From Oscillospiraceae bacterium (GTDB lineage: Bacteria; Bacillota; Clostridia; Oscillospirales; Acutalibacteraceae), in the NCBI GenBank assembly GCA_025757685.1, contig CP107220.1:830124-894123 (forward strand): 64,000 nucleotides of DNA, written 5' to 3'. Below the pieces are notes generated by a model, which saw nothing but the letters and a program-made list of their open reading frames with translations, had not been told where the DNA came from and did not search any database. Shown here piece by piece: positions 56,995 through 64,000 of the stretch (the first letter of the stretch is position 1; every line of letters starts with the position of its first letter). The position numbers and the translations under genes are program-made.

Positions 56995-58029
56995 TTAAAG
57001 TAAAGTTTGCTGCCCGTCCTGCTGGAATCCCAAATGCCGGTAGGCCGCCGGGGTCACGCAGCGCCCACGGGGGGTGCGGCTGAGAAAGCCGATCTGCATT
57101 AAATACGGCTCGTACACATCCTCAATGGTCACTGCCTCTTCACCGATGGCTGCGGCAATGGTTTCCAGTCCCACAGGTCCGCCGTTATAATTTTTGATCA
57201 TGGTGGTCAGCAAGCGACGGTCAATACCGTCCAGTCCCAGCTGATCGATCTCCATACGAGAGAGGGCATCCTCCGCCGCCTCAGCGTTGATTACACCGTC
57301 GTACTTTACCTGGGCAAAGTCACGGCTGCGCTTAAGCAAACGGTTGGCGATACGCGGGGTGCCTCGGGAGCGGGAAGCGATCTGCAAGGCGCCGTCCTGT
57401 TCAATGGGAATATTCAAAATGCCCGCCGAGCGCTTAACGATGGTGGCAAGCTGCTCATCCGTGTAAAGCTCCAGTCGCAAGATCACGCCAAAGCGGTCAC
57501 GCAGTGGCGCCGACAGTTGCCCGGCACGAGTGGTGGCGCCAACTAAGGTGAAGTTGGGCAGATCCAACCGAATGGAACGGGCGGACGGACCTTTGCCGAT
57601 GATAATATCCAGCGCACGGTCCTCCATAGCCGGATACAGCACTTCCTCAACGCTGCGGTTCAGACGGTGAATCTCGTCAATAAAGAGCACATCCCCCTCT
57701 TGCAGGTTGGTAAGCAGTGCCGCCAGATCGCCCTGCTTCTCAATGGCCGGACCGCTGGTGACGCGAATGTTCACGCCCATCTCATTGGCAATAATGCCCG
57801 CCAGCGTGGTCTTGCCCAATCCGGGCGGACCGTACAGCAGCACATGATCCAGCGCCTCGCCACGGGTGCGCGCCGCCTCAATGTAAATGGCCAGGTTCTC
57901 TTTCACTTTATCTTGCCCAATATAGTCCTCCAGGGTCTTGGGACGCAGGGAATTCTCTATATCCGTATCCGTCTCCGTCAGGCCGGTAGACACAATACGA
58001 TTTTCCAAATCCATATCTTCCATAGGCAA
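56995..58029 (-). CDS. ruvB: Holliday junction branch-migration helicase RuvB
   Basis: Walker A is GPPGLGKTT, with FIDEIHRL and the typical RuvB C-terminus. Confidence 0.9.
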   Translation of the reverse strand: MPMEDMDLENRIVSTGLTETDTDIENSLRPKTLEDYIGQDKVKENLAIYIEAARTRGEALDHVLLYGPPGLGKTTLAGIIANEMGVNIRVTSGPAIEKQGDLAALLTNLQEGDVLFIDEIHRLNRSVEEVLYPAMEDRALDIIIGKGPSARSIRLDLPNFTLVGATTRAGQLSAPLRDRFGVILRLELYTDEQLATIVKRSAGILNIPIEQDGALQIASRSRGTPRIANRLLKRSRDFAQVKYDGVINAEAAEDALSRMEIDQLGLDGIDRRLLTTMIKNYNGGPVGLETIAAAIGEEAVTIEDVYEPYLMQIGFLSRTPRGRCVTPAAYRHLGFQQDGQQTLL

Positions 58030-58048
58030 CTCCTAATCTGTTTTAGGC

Positions 58049-58654
58049 TTACAAATTGGCGGCCAGCTGGCGCAGCCCTCGGCGGATCATCTCGTCCACC
58101 GACAGGCCGGGTTCCATCTGACCCACGGCCACAGCGGCGTCGCTTTGACCGTAGCCCAGAGCCACCAGCGCTTCCACCGCCTCTGCCGCAACAGAGCCGG
58201 CGGTATTGGCAGCGGCTGCCGCCTGCACCTCTCTGCTGCTGCCCAAATCCAGCACGCCCATTTTATCTTTCAATTCCAGCACAATGCGCTCGGCAATCTT
58301 TTTGCCGATACCCGGCGCACGCGTCAGGGACTTGGCGTCCCCGCCGGCAATGCAAACGGCCAATCGATCCGCCGACAGCTCCGACAAGATCGCCAGCGCC
58401 GCCTTAGGTCCCACGCCGTTTACGGAGATCAGCAGCTTAAAGCAATCCAGTTCCGCCGTGGTGGCAAAGCCGTAAAGATCCAGTGCATCCTCCCGCACAG
58501 ACAAGTAAGTGAAAAGCTGCACCGGCTTGCCCACGCCCGGCAGGGACTGTAAGGTAGTCAGCGTGGTGAAGCACTTAAACCCCACACCACCGCAGCTGAC
58601 CACCGCAAAATTCTGGTCAAAATAAGTGAGCGTACCGTCCAAACTGTAAATCAT
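58049..58654 (-). CDS. ruvA: Holliday junction DNA-binding protein RuvA
   Basis: MIYSLDG N-terminus and HhH motifs (VNGVGPKAAL, APGIGKKIAERI). Confidence 0.9.
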   Translation of the reverse strand: MIYSLDGTLTYFDQNFAVVSCGGVGFKCFTTLTTLQSLPGVGKPVQLFTYLSVREDALDLYGFATTAELDCFKLLISVNGVGPKAALAILSELSADRLAVCIAGGDAKSLTRAPGIGKKIAERIVLELKDKMGVLDLGSSREVQAAAAANTAGSVAAEAVEALVALGYGQSDAAVAVGQMEPGLSVDEMIRRGLRQLAANL

Positions 58655-58664
58655 AAGTAACTCC

Positions 58665-59165
58665 TTATCGCAGGTTGCCCAACCGCCCCAGCAGGCTGCC
58701 GCTGGCGTGGCCGTGACAGATGGCCATAGCCAGTGCGTCAGCCGTGTCGTCTGGCTTGGGTATTTTCTCTAAATTCAAAATCAGGCGGGTCATCTCCTGT
58801 ACCTGCTTCTTCTCCGCCCGGCCATAGCCCACCACCGACTGTTTCACCTGCAAGGGGGTGTATTCAAAGATGGGCACATTTTTTTGTTGGGCGGACAGGG
58901 TGATGACCCCTCTGGCTTGCGCCACATCAATCACGGTCTTGGCGTTGTTGTTATAAAACAACTTCTCCATACTCATCACCTCCGGGTGATAGGTATCAAA
59001 CAGGCCGATCATATCCGTGTAGATGATTTGCAGCCGCAAAGGAAACGGCGTTTTGGCCTGCGTGGTGATGGCGCCGTAGTCCACCACAGAGAATTTATTG
59101 CCTTTATAGTCAAGCACGCCCCAGCCGATAATGGCATACCCGGGGTCAATACCAAGAATACGCAT
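58665..59165 (-). CDS. ruvC: Crossover junction endodeoxyribonuclease RuvC
   Basis: MRILGIDPGY start and the C-terminal DDTADALAMAICH motif. Confidence 0.9.
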   Translation of the reverse strand: MRILGIDPGYAIIGWGVLDYKGNKFSVVDYGAITTQAKTPFPLRLQIIYTDMIGLFDTYHPEVMSMEKLFYNNNAKTVIDVAQARGVITLSAQQKNVPIFEYTPLQVKQSVVGYGRAEKKQVQEMTRLILNLEKIPKPDDTADALAMAICHGHASGSLLGRLGNLR

Positions 59166-59291
59166 ACTGACACTATCCCATAATAAATTTAAATTATTAT
59201 AACACAAAGACGCACGGCTTGCAATATAATATATAAATTATTATATATGCACGCAGAAAGATAGGGAGCACCGCAGCGCTCCCCTATTCCT

Positions 59292-59855
59292 TTATCGCCC
59301 GGCGCCCTCGCCCCGCAGCTGATGAATAAATTTTTGCAGTTCAATGTTGTTAAAGGTGTACTGCCCCCGGTCCGTGCCCGGAATATAGTACCGTGCCGTA
59401 ACTTCTCCATTAAGGACCGTAAAAGACTGGCGCAAGGTGGCAGTCATATAGTCGGCACACTGCCGCGCATTTGAGCCGCTTACGATCACCACGCCTACCC
59501 TTTTCGGCTTAGCAATAGGCGGCTTGGCGCCCCGTTTGAAGCGGGCGCTGTAATACCGCTGGAACCGGTCGATCACTGCCTTCAGCGGAGCCGGAAAAAA
59601 ATTATTATACACCGGAGTAAAGAACGCAATATAGTCCGCGTCTTCAAAGTCCTCAAAAAAAATATCCAGATCTTTGTTGGCGCAGCCCGCATGCTGCTCG
59701 CAAAAGCGGCAGTCGGTACAGGGCGCCGGCGCCAACTTGTACGTATTATATTCTACGATCTTACAGTCGATAAAATACGGCTTCACCTGGCGGATCAATT
59801 CTTCGCTGACCCCATTTGGCCGAGGCGAACCGCCGATAATCAGTAGTTTCTTCAT
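59292..59855 (-). CDS. Flavodoxin-family (NADPH-dependent FMN reductase-like) protein with a Cys cluster
   Basis: MKKLLIIGGSPRPNG N-terminus and a CTDCRFCEQHAGC motif. Confidence 0.65.
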   Translation of the reverse strand: MKKLLIIGGSPRPNGVSEELIRQVKPYFIDCKIVEYNTYKLAPAPCTDCRFCEQHAGCANKDLDIFFEDFEDADYIAFFTPVYNNFFPAPLKAVIDRFQRYYSARFKRGAKPPIAKPKRVGVVIVSGSNARQCADYMTATLRQSFTVLNGEVTARYYIPGTDRGQYTFNNIELQKFIHQLRGEGAGR

Positions 59856-59949
59856 CTCATCACCGCCCCTATTCTACCACACTTTGCCCTTGTTTTGAAG
59901 TCGTAATTGTGATAAACTTAAAAATAACACAAAAAAGAGGGCCTCGACT

Positions 59950-61116
59950 ATGACCAAGTTTTTGATACACAAATTCATTCCACGGGATGCAAAGCAAAGC
60001 ACCAAAGACCGGCAGCGCTACGGCGTACTCAGCGGCATTGTGGGCATTCTCTGCAATCTGCTCCTATGCGTGCTGAAATTTATTTGCGGCACGGTGAGCC
60101 ACTCGGTGTCTATCACCGCAGACGCCGCCAATAACCTGTCAGACGCTTCCTCCAACATCGTCACCGTAATCGGCGCAAAAATCGCAAGCAAGCCGGTAGA
60201 TAACGACCACCCATTCGGCCACGGCAGGATGGAATACATCAGTGCCCTAATCGTCGATTTCTTTATTTTCCTAATGGGATTTGAGTTGGGCAAAAGCAGT
60301 ATTGAAAAGATCATTCATCCCCAAGAGGTGCGGTTCAGTGCCGTGACCGTGGCGGTGCTTGTGCTGTCCGTTGGAGTCAAGCTGTGGATGGCTTACTTTA
60401 ATCAGGTACTGTATAAAGAGAGCAACAATCTCAATCTGAAAGCGGTACGCCAGGACAGCCTGAACGACTGCATTTCCACCGCCGCAGCCGGCGCGGCACT
60501 GCTGTTGTCTGCCTTTACCGCCTTTGACCGGGCAGACGGCATTATGGGGCTGCTGGTCGCCGCATTTATCCTCGCCGGAGGTGTGAGCACCTTAAAGGAC
60601 ATTATGGGTCCCCTGCTGGGTCAGGCGCCCAGCAAAGAGCTGGTGGATGAGATTGAGCGCCGTATGCTGGCAGAACCGCTGATTGTAGGCGTGCACGACT
60701 TAATTATTCACGACTACGGCCCGGGGCGCGTCATCGCCTCTGCACATGCGGAAGTACCGGCAGATCAGGATATTATGGCGGTGCACAACGCCATTGACCG
60801 TGTGGAGCACCAAATTAGTAAAGAACTGCAAATTGTTATCTGTATTCACATGGATCCCATTGCAATTCATGACGCCACGGTGGATAAATACCGCAAACTC
60901 ATGGCGGAAATTCTCCAAGACTACGATCCTGAGCTGCGCTTTCATGACTTTCGGCTGGTGGAGTGCAGTGACCACATAAACCTGATCATGGACATTGTGG
61001 TGCCCAAAGAGCACAAAAAGCACCGCAGCCAAATTTTGAAGGAAGTACAAGCGGCCGTGCAGCAGCGTGACCCCCGGCTGCGAGTCGTGGCGACTATGGA
61101 GCACTCGTACATCTGA
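59950..61116 (+). CDS. Cation diffusion facilitator family transporter
   Basis: Six TM segments with the ADAANNLSD and HPFGHGRMEY motifs. Confidence 0.8.
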   Translation: MTKFLIHKFIPRDAKQSTKDRQRYGVLSGIVGILCNLLLCVLKFICGTVSHSVSITADAANNLSDASSNIVTVIGAKIASKPVDNDHPFGHGRMEYISALIVDFFIFLMGFELGKSSIEKIIHPQEVRFSAVTVAVLVLSVGVKLWMAYFNQVLYKESNNLNLKAVRQDSLNDCISTAAAGAALLLSAFTAFDRADGIMGLLVAAFILAGGVSTLKDIMGPLLGQAPSKELVDEIERRMLAEPLIVGVHDLIIHDYGPGRVIASAHAEVPADQDIMAVHNAIDRVEHQISKELQIVICIHMDPIAIHDATVDKYRKLMAEILQDYDPELRFHDFRLVECSDHINLIMDIVVPKEHKKHRSQILKEVQAAVQQRDPRLRVVATMEHSYI

Positions 61117-61130
61117 TTTTCACATTGAAA

Positions 61131-61170
61131 AACGCCCGGCAGTTTGGAACTGTCGGGCGTTTTGCTGTTT
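61131..61170. terminator. Bidirectional intrinsic terminator
   Basis: 14-bp stem AACGCCCGGCAGTT / AACTGTCGGGCGTT followed by a T-rich tract. Confidence 0.7.
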
Positions 61171-61172
61171 TG

Positions 61173-61616
61173 TTAATTCTTTGTACCAAAGGTGTAGTCA
61201 ATGCCGTTTTCATAGCACCAATCCGCAGCCTTTTTGCGCACATACTCGGTCTGAAACGCGTCAAACTTCTCGGAAAATTCCTTATAGGCATTAAAATATT
61301 TCCAAAAAGTCTCAACCACGGCATCATCCGGCGTTTGATCAAACACTGCCTTGATCTTGGCATTGCCGATAGAATGAACAAACGCGCGCATTACTTCGCC
61401 GTCCGTTACATAAAAGTACGGAATATAGCCCAAAGACAGCAGATACGCCGATGTGCCGGTATCCTCCGGGTGATCCAAATCCGCCAACTCCGCCATGCTG
61501 TGCACCTGCATATCCTGACGGGAGAACCAAAATTCCGACGCGCCGCTCCAGCCTTTTCTTAAATTATCTTCGTTCAAAACAAACTGCTTCATCACTAAAC
61601 CCTTTGCTGCAATCAT
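61173..61616 (-). CDS. Hypothetical cytoplasmic protein
   Basis: 147 aa. Its start overlaps the leuD stop (TAATG). I recognise no motif. Confidence 0.5.
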   Translation of the reverse strand: MIAAKGLVMKQFVLNEDNLRKGWSGASEFWFSRQDMQVHSMAELADLDHPEDTGTSAYLLSLGYIPYFYVTDGEVMRAFVHSIGNAKIKAVFDQTPDDAVVETFWKYFNAYKEFSEKFDAFQTEYVRKKAADWCYENGIDYTFGTKN

Positions 61617-62095
61617 TAACCAATGGACTTCATCAAACCGCCGTTTTTGATAATGTTCTGAATGAACGGCGGAAACGGCTGGGCCTGATACACCTTGCCG
61701 GTAGTCAGATCCGTGATCACGCCGCTGTCAAAATCCACCTGCACTTCATCGCCTTGGTTGATCTCGTTGGCAGCCTGGTCGCACTCTAAGATCGCAAGGC
61801 CGATATTAATGGCATTGCGGTAAAAAATACGAGCAAAGGTGGAGGCAATCACGCAGCTGATGCCGCTGGCCTTAATGGCAATGGGGGCGTGTTCACGGGA
61901 GGAGCCGCAACCAAAGTTTGCCTTGGCCACCATGATGTCACCGGGCTGCACCTTATTTACAAAATCCTTGTCAATATCTTCCATACAATGAGAAGCCAGC
62001 CAGGCCTCGTCACTTTTGTTCAGGTAGCGGGCAGGAATGATTACATCCGTGTCCACATTGTCGCCGAACTTATGTACCTTACCTTTTGCTATCAT
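61616..62095 (-). CDS. leuD: 3-isopropylmalate dehydratase small subunit
   Basis: 159 aa with [10 protein letters not shown]. Confidence 0.85.
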   Translation of the reverse strand: MIAKGKVHKFGDNVDTDVIIPARYLNKSDEAWLASHCMEDIDKDFVNKVQPGDIMVAKANFGCGSSREHAPIAIKASGISCVIASTFARIFYRNAINIGLAILECDQAANEINQGDEVQVDFDSGVITDLTTGKVYQAQPFPPFIQNIIKNGGLMKSIG

Positions 62096-62106
62096 ACCGT
62101 ACCTCC

Positions 62107-63372
62107 TTATACCGTAGCCGGGTCGGCAATATAGCCCTTGACCGCAGAGGCGGCAGCCACAGCGGGAGAGGCCAAATAAATCTCAGACTCCGTGTGACCC
62201 ATACGGCCCACAAAGTTTCGGTTTGAGGTGGAAACTGCTCGCTCACCGGCAGCCAAAATACCCATGTGACCGCCAAGGCAGGGACCGCAGGTAGGTGTAG
62301 ACACGACTGCACCGGCCTCAATAAAGATCTGGGTCAGGCCCTCCTCAATGCACTGCAAGTAAATGCGCTGGGTGGCCGGGATCACGATCACGCGCACATC
62401 CTGCGCCACCTTGCGACCTTTCAAAATTGCAGCGGCAGCGCGCATATCTTCCATTCTGCCATTGGTGCAGGAGCCAATCACCACCTGGTCAATCGCGATC
62501 TTTTCACCGTCCACCTGATCAATGGTATGGGTATTCTCCGGCAGATGCGGAAATGCCACGGTGGGCTTTAAGGTGCTCAAATCAATTTTTACCGTGCGGG
62601 TGTATTCTGCGTCCGGGTCTGCCTCAAAAATCGTATATTCCCGCTCTGCGCGGCCGTTCACATACTGCAAGGTCACATCATCTACCGGGAAAATTCCGTT
62701 TTTGGCGCCGCACTCAATGGCCATATTGCTGATGCACAGCCGATCGTCCATAGAAAGCTCCGCAATACCATCGCCGGTAAATTCCAAAGACTGGTAGAGG
62801 GCGCCGTCCACACCGATCTCACCGATCAAGTGCAGTACCACATCTTTGCCGCTGATAAAGGGTGCTTTTTTGCCGGTGATCTCAACCTTAATGGCGGAGG
62901 GAACCTTAAACCAAGCCTTACCGGTAACCATACCGGCAGCCATATCCGTGGAGCCTACGCCGGTGGAGAACGCACCCAGTGCACCGTAAGTACAGGTGTG
63001 GCTGTCTGCGCCGATCACGCAGTCACCACAGGCCACAATCCCCTGCTCCGGCAGCAACGCGTGCTCAATTCCCATGTTGCCCACATCAAAATAGTGGGTA
63101 ATGCCATGGGCACGGGCAAAAGTACGCACCTGCTTGCAGTTCTGCGCGGACTGAATGTCCTTGTTGGGCGTAAAGTGATCCATTACAAGGGCAATGCGGG
63201 TCTTATCAAACACGCCGTCCTTGCCAAATTTGTTCATCTCATTGATGGCAACCGGAGAGGTCACATCGTTGCCCAGTACCATATCCAGCTTGGCCTCAAT
63301 CAATTGACCGGCTACCACATGATCCAAACCGGCGTGCGCCGCCAGGATCTTTTGCGTCATTGTCATTCCCAT
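62107..63372 (-). CDS. leuC: 3-isopropylmalate dehydratase large subunit
   Basis: Aconitase-type motifs (IGADSHT, GSCTNGR, CGPCLG). A GGTGA RBS precedes the ATG at 63372. Confidence 0.85.
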   Translation of the reverse strand: MGMTMTQKILAAHAGLDHVVAGQLIEAKLDMVLGNDVTSPVAINEMNKFGKDGVFDKTRIALVMDHFTPNKDIQSAQNCKQVRTFARAHGITHYFDVGNMGIEHALLPEQGIVACGDCVIGADSHTCTYGALGAFSTGVGSTDMAAGMVTGKAWFKVPSAIKVEITGKKAPFISGKDVVLHLIGEIGVDGALYQSLEFTGDGIAELSMDDRLCISNMAIECGAKNGIFPVDDVTLQYVNGRAEREYTIFEADPDAEYTRTVKIDLSTLKPTVAFPHLPENTHTIDQVDGEKIAIDQVVIGSCTNGRMEDMRAAAAILKGRKVAQDVRVIVIPATQRIYLQCIEEGLTQIFIEAGAVVSTPTCGPCLGGHMGILAAGERAVSTSNRNFVGRMGHTESEIYLASPAVAAASAVKGYIADPATV

Positions 63373-63386
63373 GATCGTCACCGTCC

Positions 63387-63896
63387 TTAAATATCGTCCG
63401 TAAAGGAACCGGCGCCGCGCTCCAGCGAGGTCACGCCGGTACGCGCCATTTCCACAATACTAAAGCGCTGCTCCAGTCGCTGAATAAAGGCGTCCAGCAT
63501 CTCCCCCGCACCGGTGAACTCCAGGGTCACCGTCTCAGCAGAAATATCCAGCACACGAGCACCATAACCGGCGTTGAATGCCAAAAGGGCGTTTTTCTCC
63601 GGAATGCCCTGGGCGTGCACCTTCACCAACAGCAACTCAGAGGACACGGAATTGTCCGGAGTCAGCTCAGATACTTTCTCCACGATCTCCAACTTTAACA
63701 GCTGGCGCTTGATCTGGCGAAAATTCTCCGGCTCCGTGTTGGTCTCGATGGTCATACGGGAAAAGTTCGGGTCCTCCGTCTCACTTACCGTCAGAGAGGA
63801 GATGTTGTATGCACGGCGGGAGAACAGGCTGGCCACCCGTTGCAGCACGCCGCTCTCGTTATCCACAAGAACAGATAAAACCAATTTCTCTTTCAT
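63387..63896 (-). CDS. ilvN: Acetolactate synthase small (regulatory) subunit
   Basis: ACT-domain start [31 protein letters not shown] precedes the ATG at 63896. Confidence 0.85.
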   Translation of the reverse strand: MKEKLVLSVLVDNESGVLQRVASLFSRRAYNISSLTVSETEDPNFSRMTIETNTEPENFRQIKRQLLKLEIVEKVSELTPDNSVSSELLLVKVHAQGIPEKNALLAFNAGYGARVLDISAETVTLEFTGAGEMLDAFIQRLEQRFSIVEMARTGVTSLERGAGSFTDDI

Positions 63897-63912
63897 CTTC
63901 CTTGCCTCCAAT

Positions 63913-64000
63913 CAGTTAAACTGCTCGATAATGTCCGTGTGTGCGCCGCCGGGCGGAATCATCGGCAGCACATTGCTGTCCGGCGAAATACGGCAGTCCA
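63913..64000 (-). CDS. ilvB: Acetolactate synthase large subunit, C-terminal fragment (continues beyond the window)
   Basis: The reverse frame reads ...DCRISPDSNVLPMIPPGGAHTDIIEQFN-stop, which resembles an ALS large-subunit C-terminus, directly upstream of ilvN. Confidence 0.6.

Overview
This is a 64-kb chromosomal segment of a moderately GC-rich Firmicute that looks Clostridia-like. Spot counts of single 60-nt lines give about 55-63% GC. Sporulation-associated genes (spoIIM, ytfJ), scpAB and an ECF transporter are present. Most of the window is housekeeping. It holds prmC, scpA/scpB, a D-Ala-D-Ala carboxypeptidase, rluB and a 12S/1.3S/5S transcarboxylase-like cluster. It also holds hppA, a GPH symporter, a GH51 arabinofuranosidase, yajC-tgt-queA and asd-dapA-dapB. 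A ClpE-type ATPase, pgsA, truA, ecfT-ecfA2-ecfA1, glmM, ruvCAB, leuCD and ilvN with a partial ilvB complete the list. The one clear accessory region is an AT-rich block of about 7.0 kb at 26725-33747, which I read as an inovirus-like (filamentous phage) prophage. It has a pI/Zot-like ATPase, an HUH rolling-circle Rep and at least seven small single-TM coat-like proteins. It also has two secreted anchored proteins, a divergent XRE repressor and almost complete translational coupling, but no integrase. It is bounded by a perfect 26-bp direct repeat. The right copy is part of a perfectly symmetric 11-6-11 dif-like palindrome 17 bp upstream of a host XerC/XerD-family recombinase gene. Gene orientation flips from mostly + to mostly - at this point, which suggests a replication terminus. 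The most interesting hypothesis is therefore a Gram-positive inovirus integrated as an IMEX at a dif-like site that abuts its xer gene. Secondary oddities are a promoter swap at the junctions, a convergent overlapping small-RNA/small-ORF pair at the phage left end, and tiny hydrophobic peptides. All functional calls rest on motifs read by eye. No database search was run.
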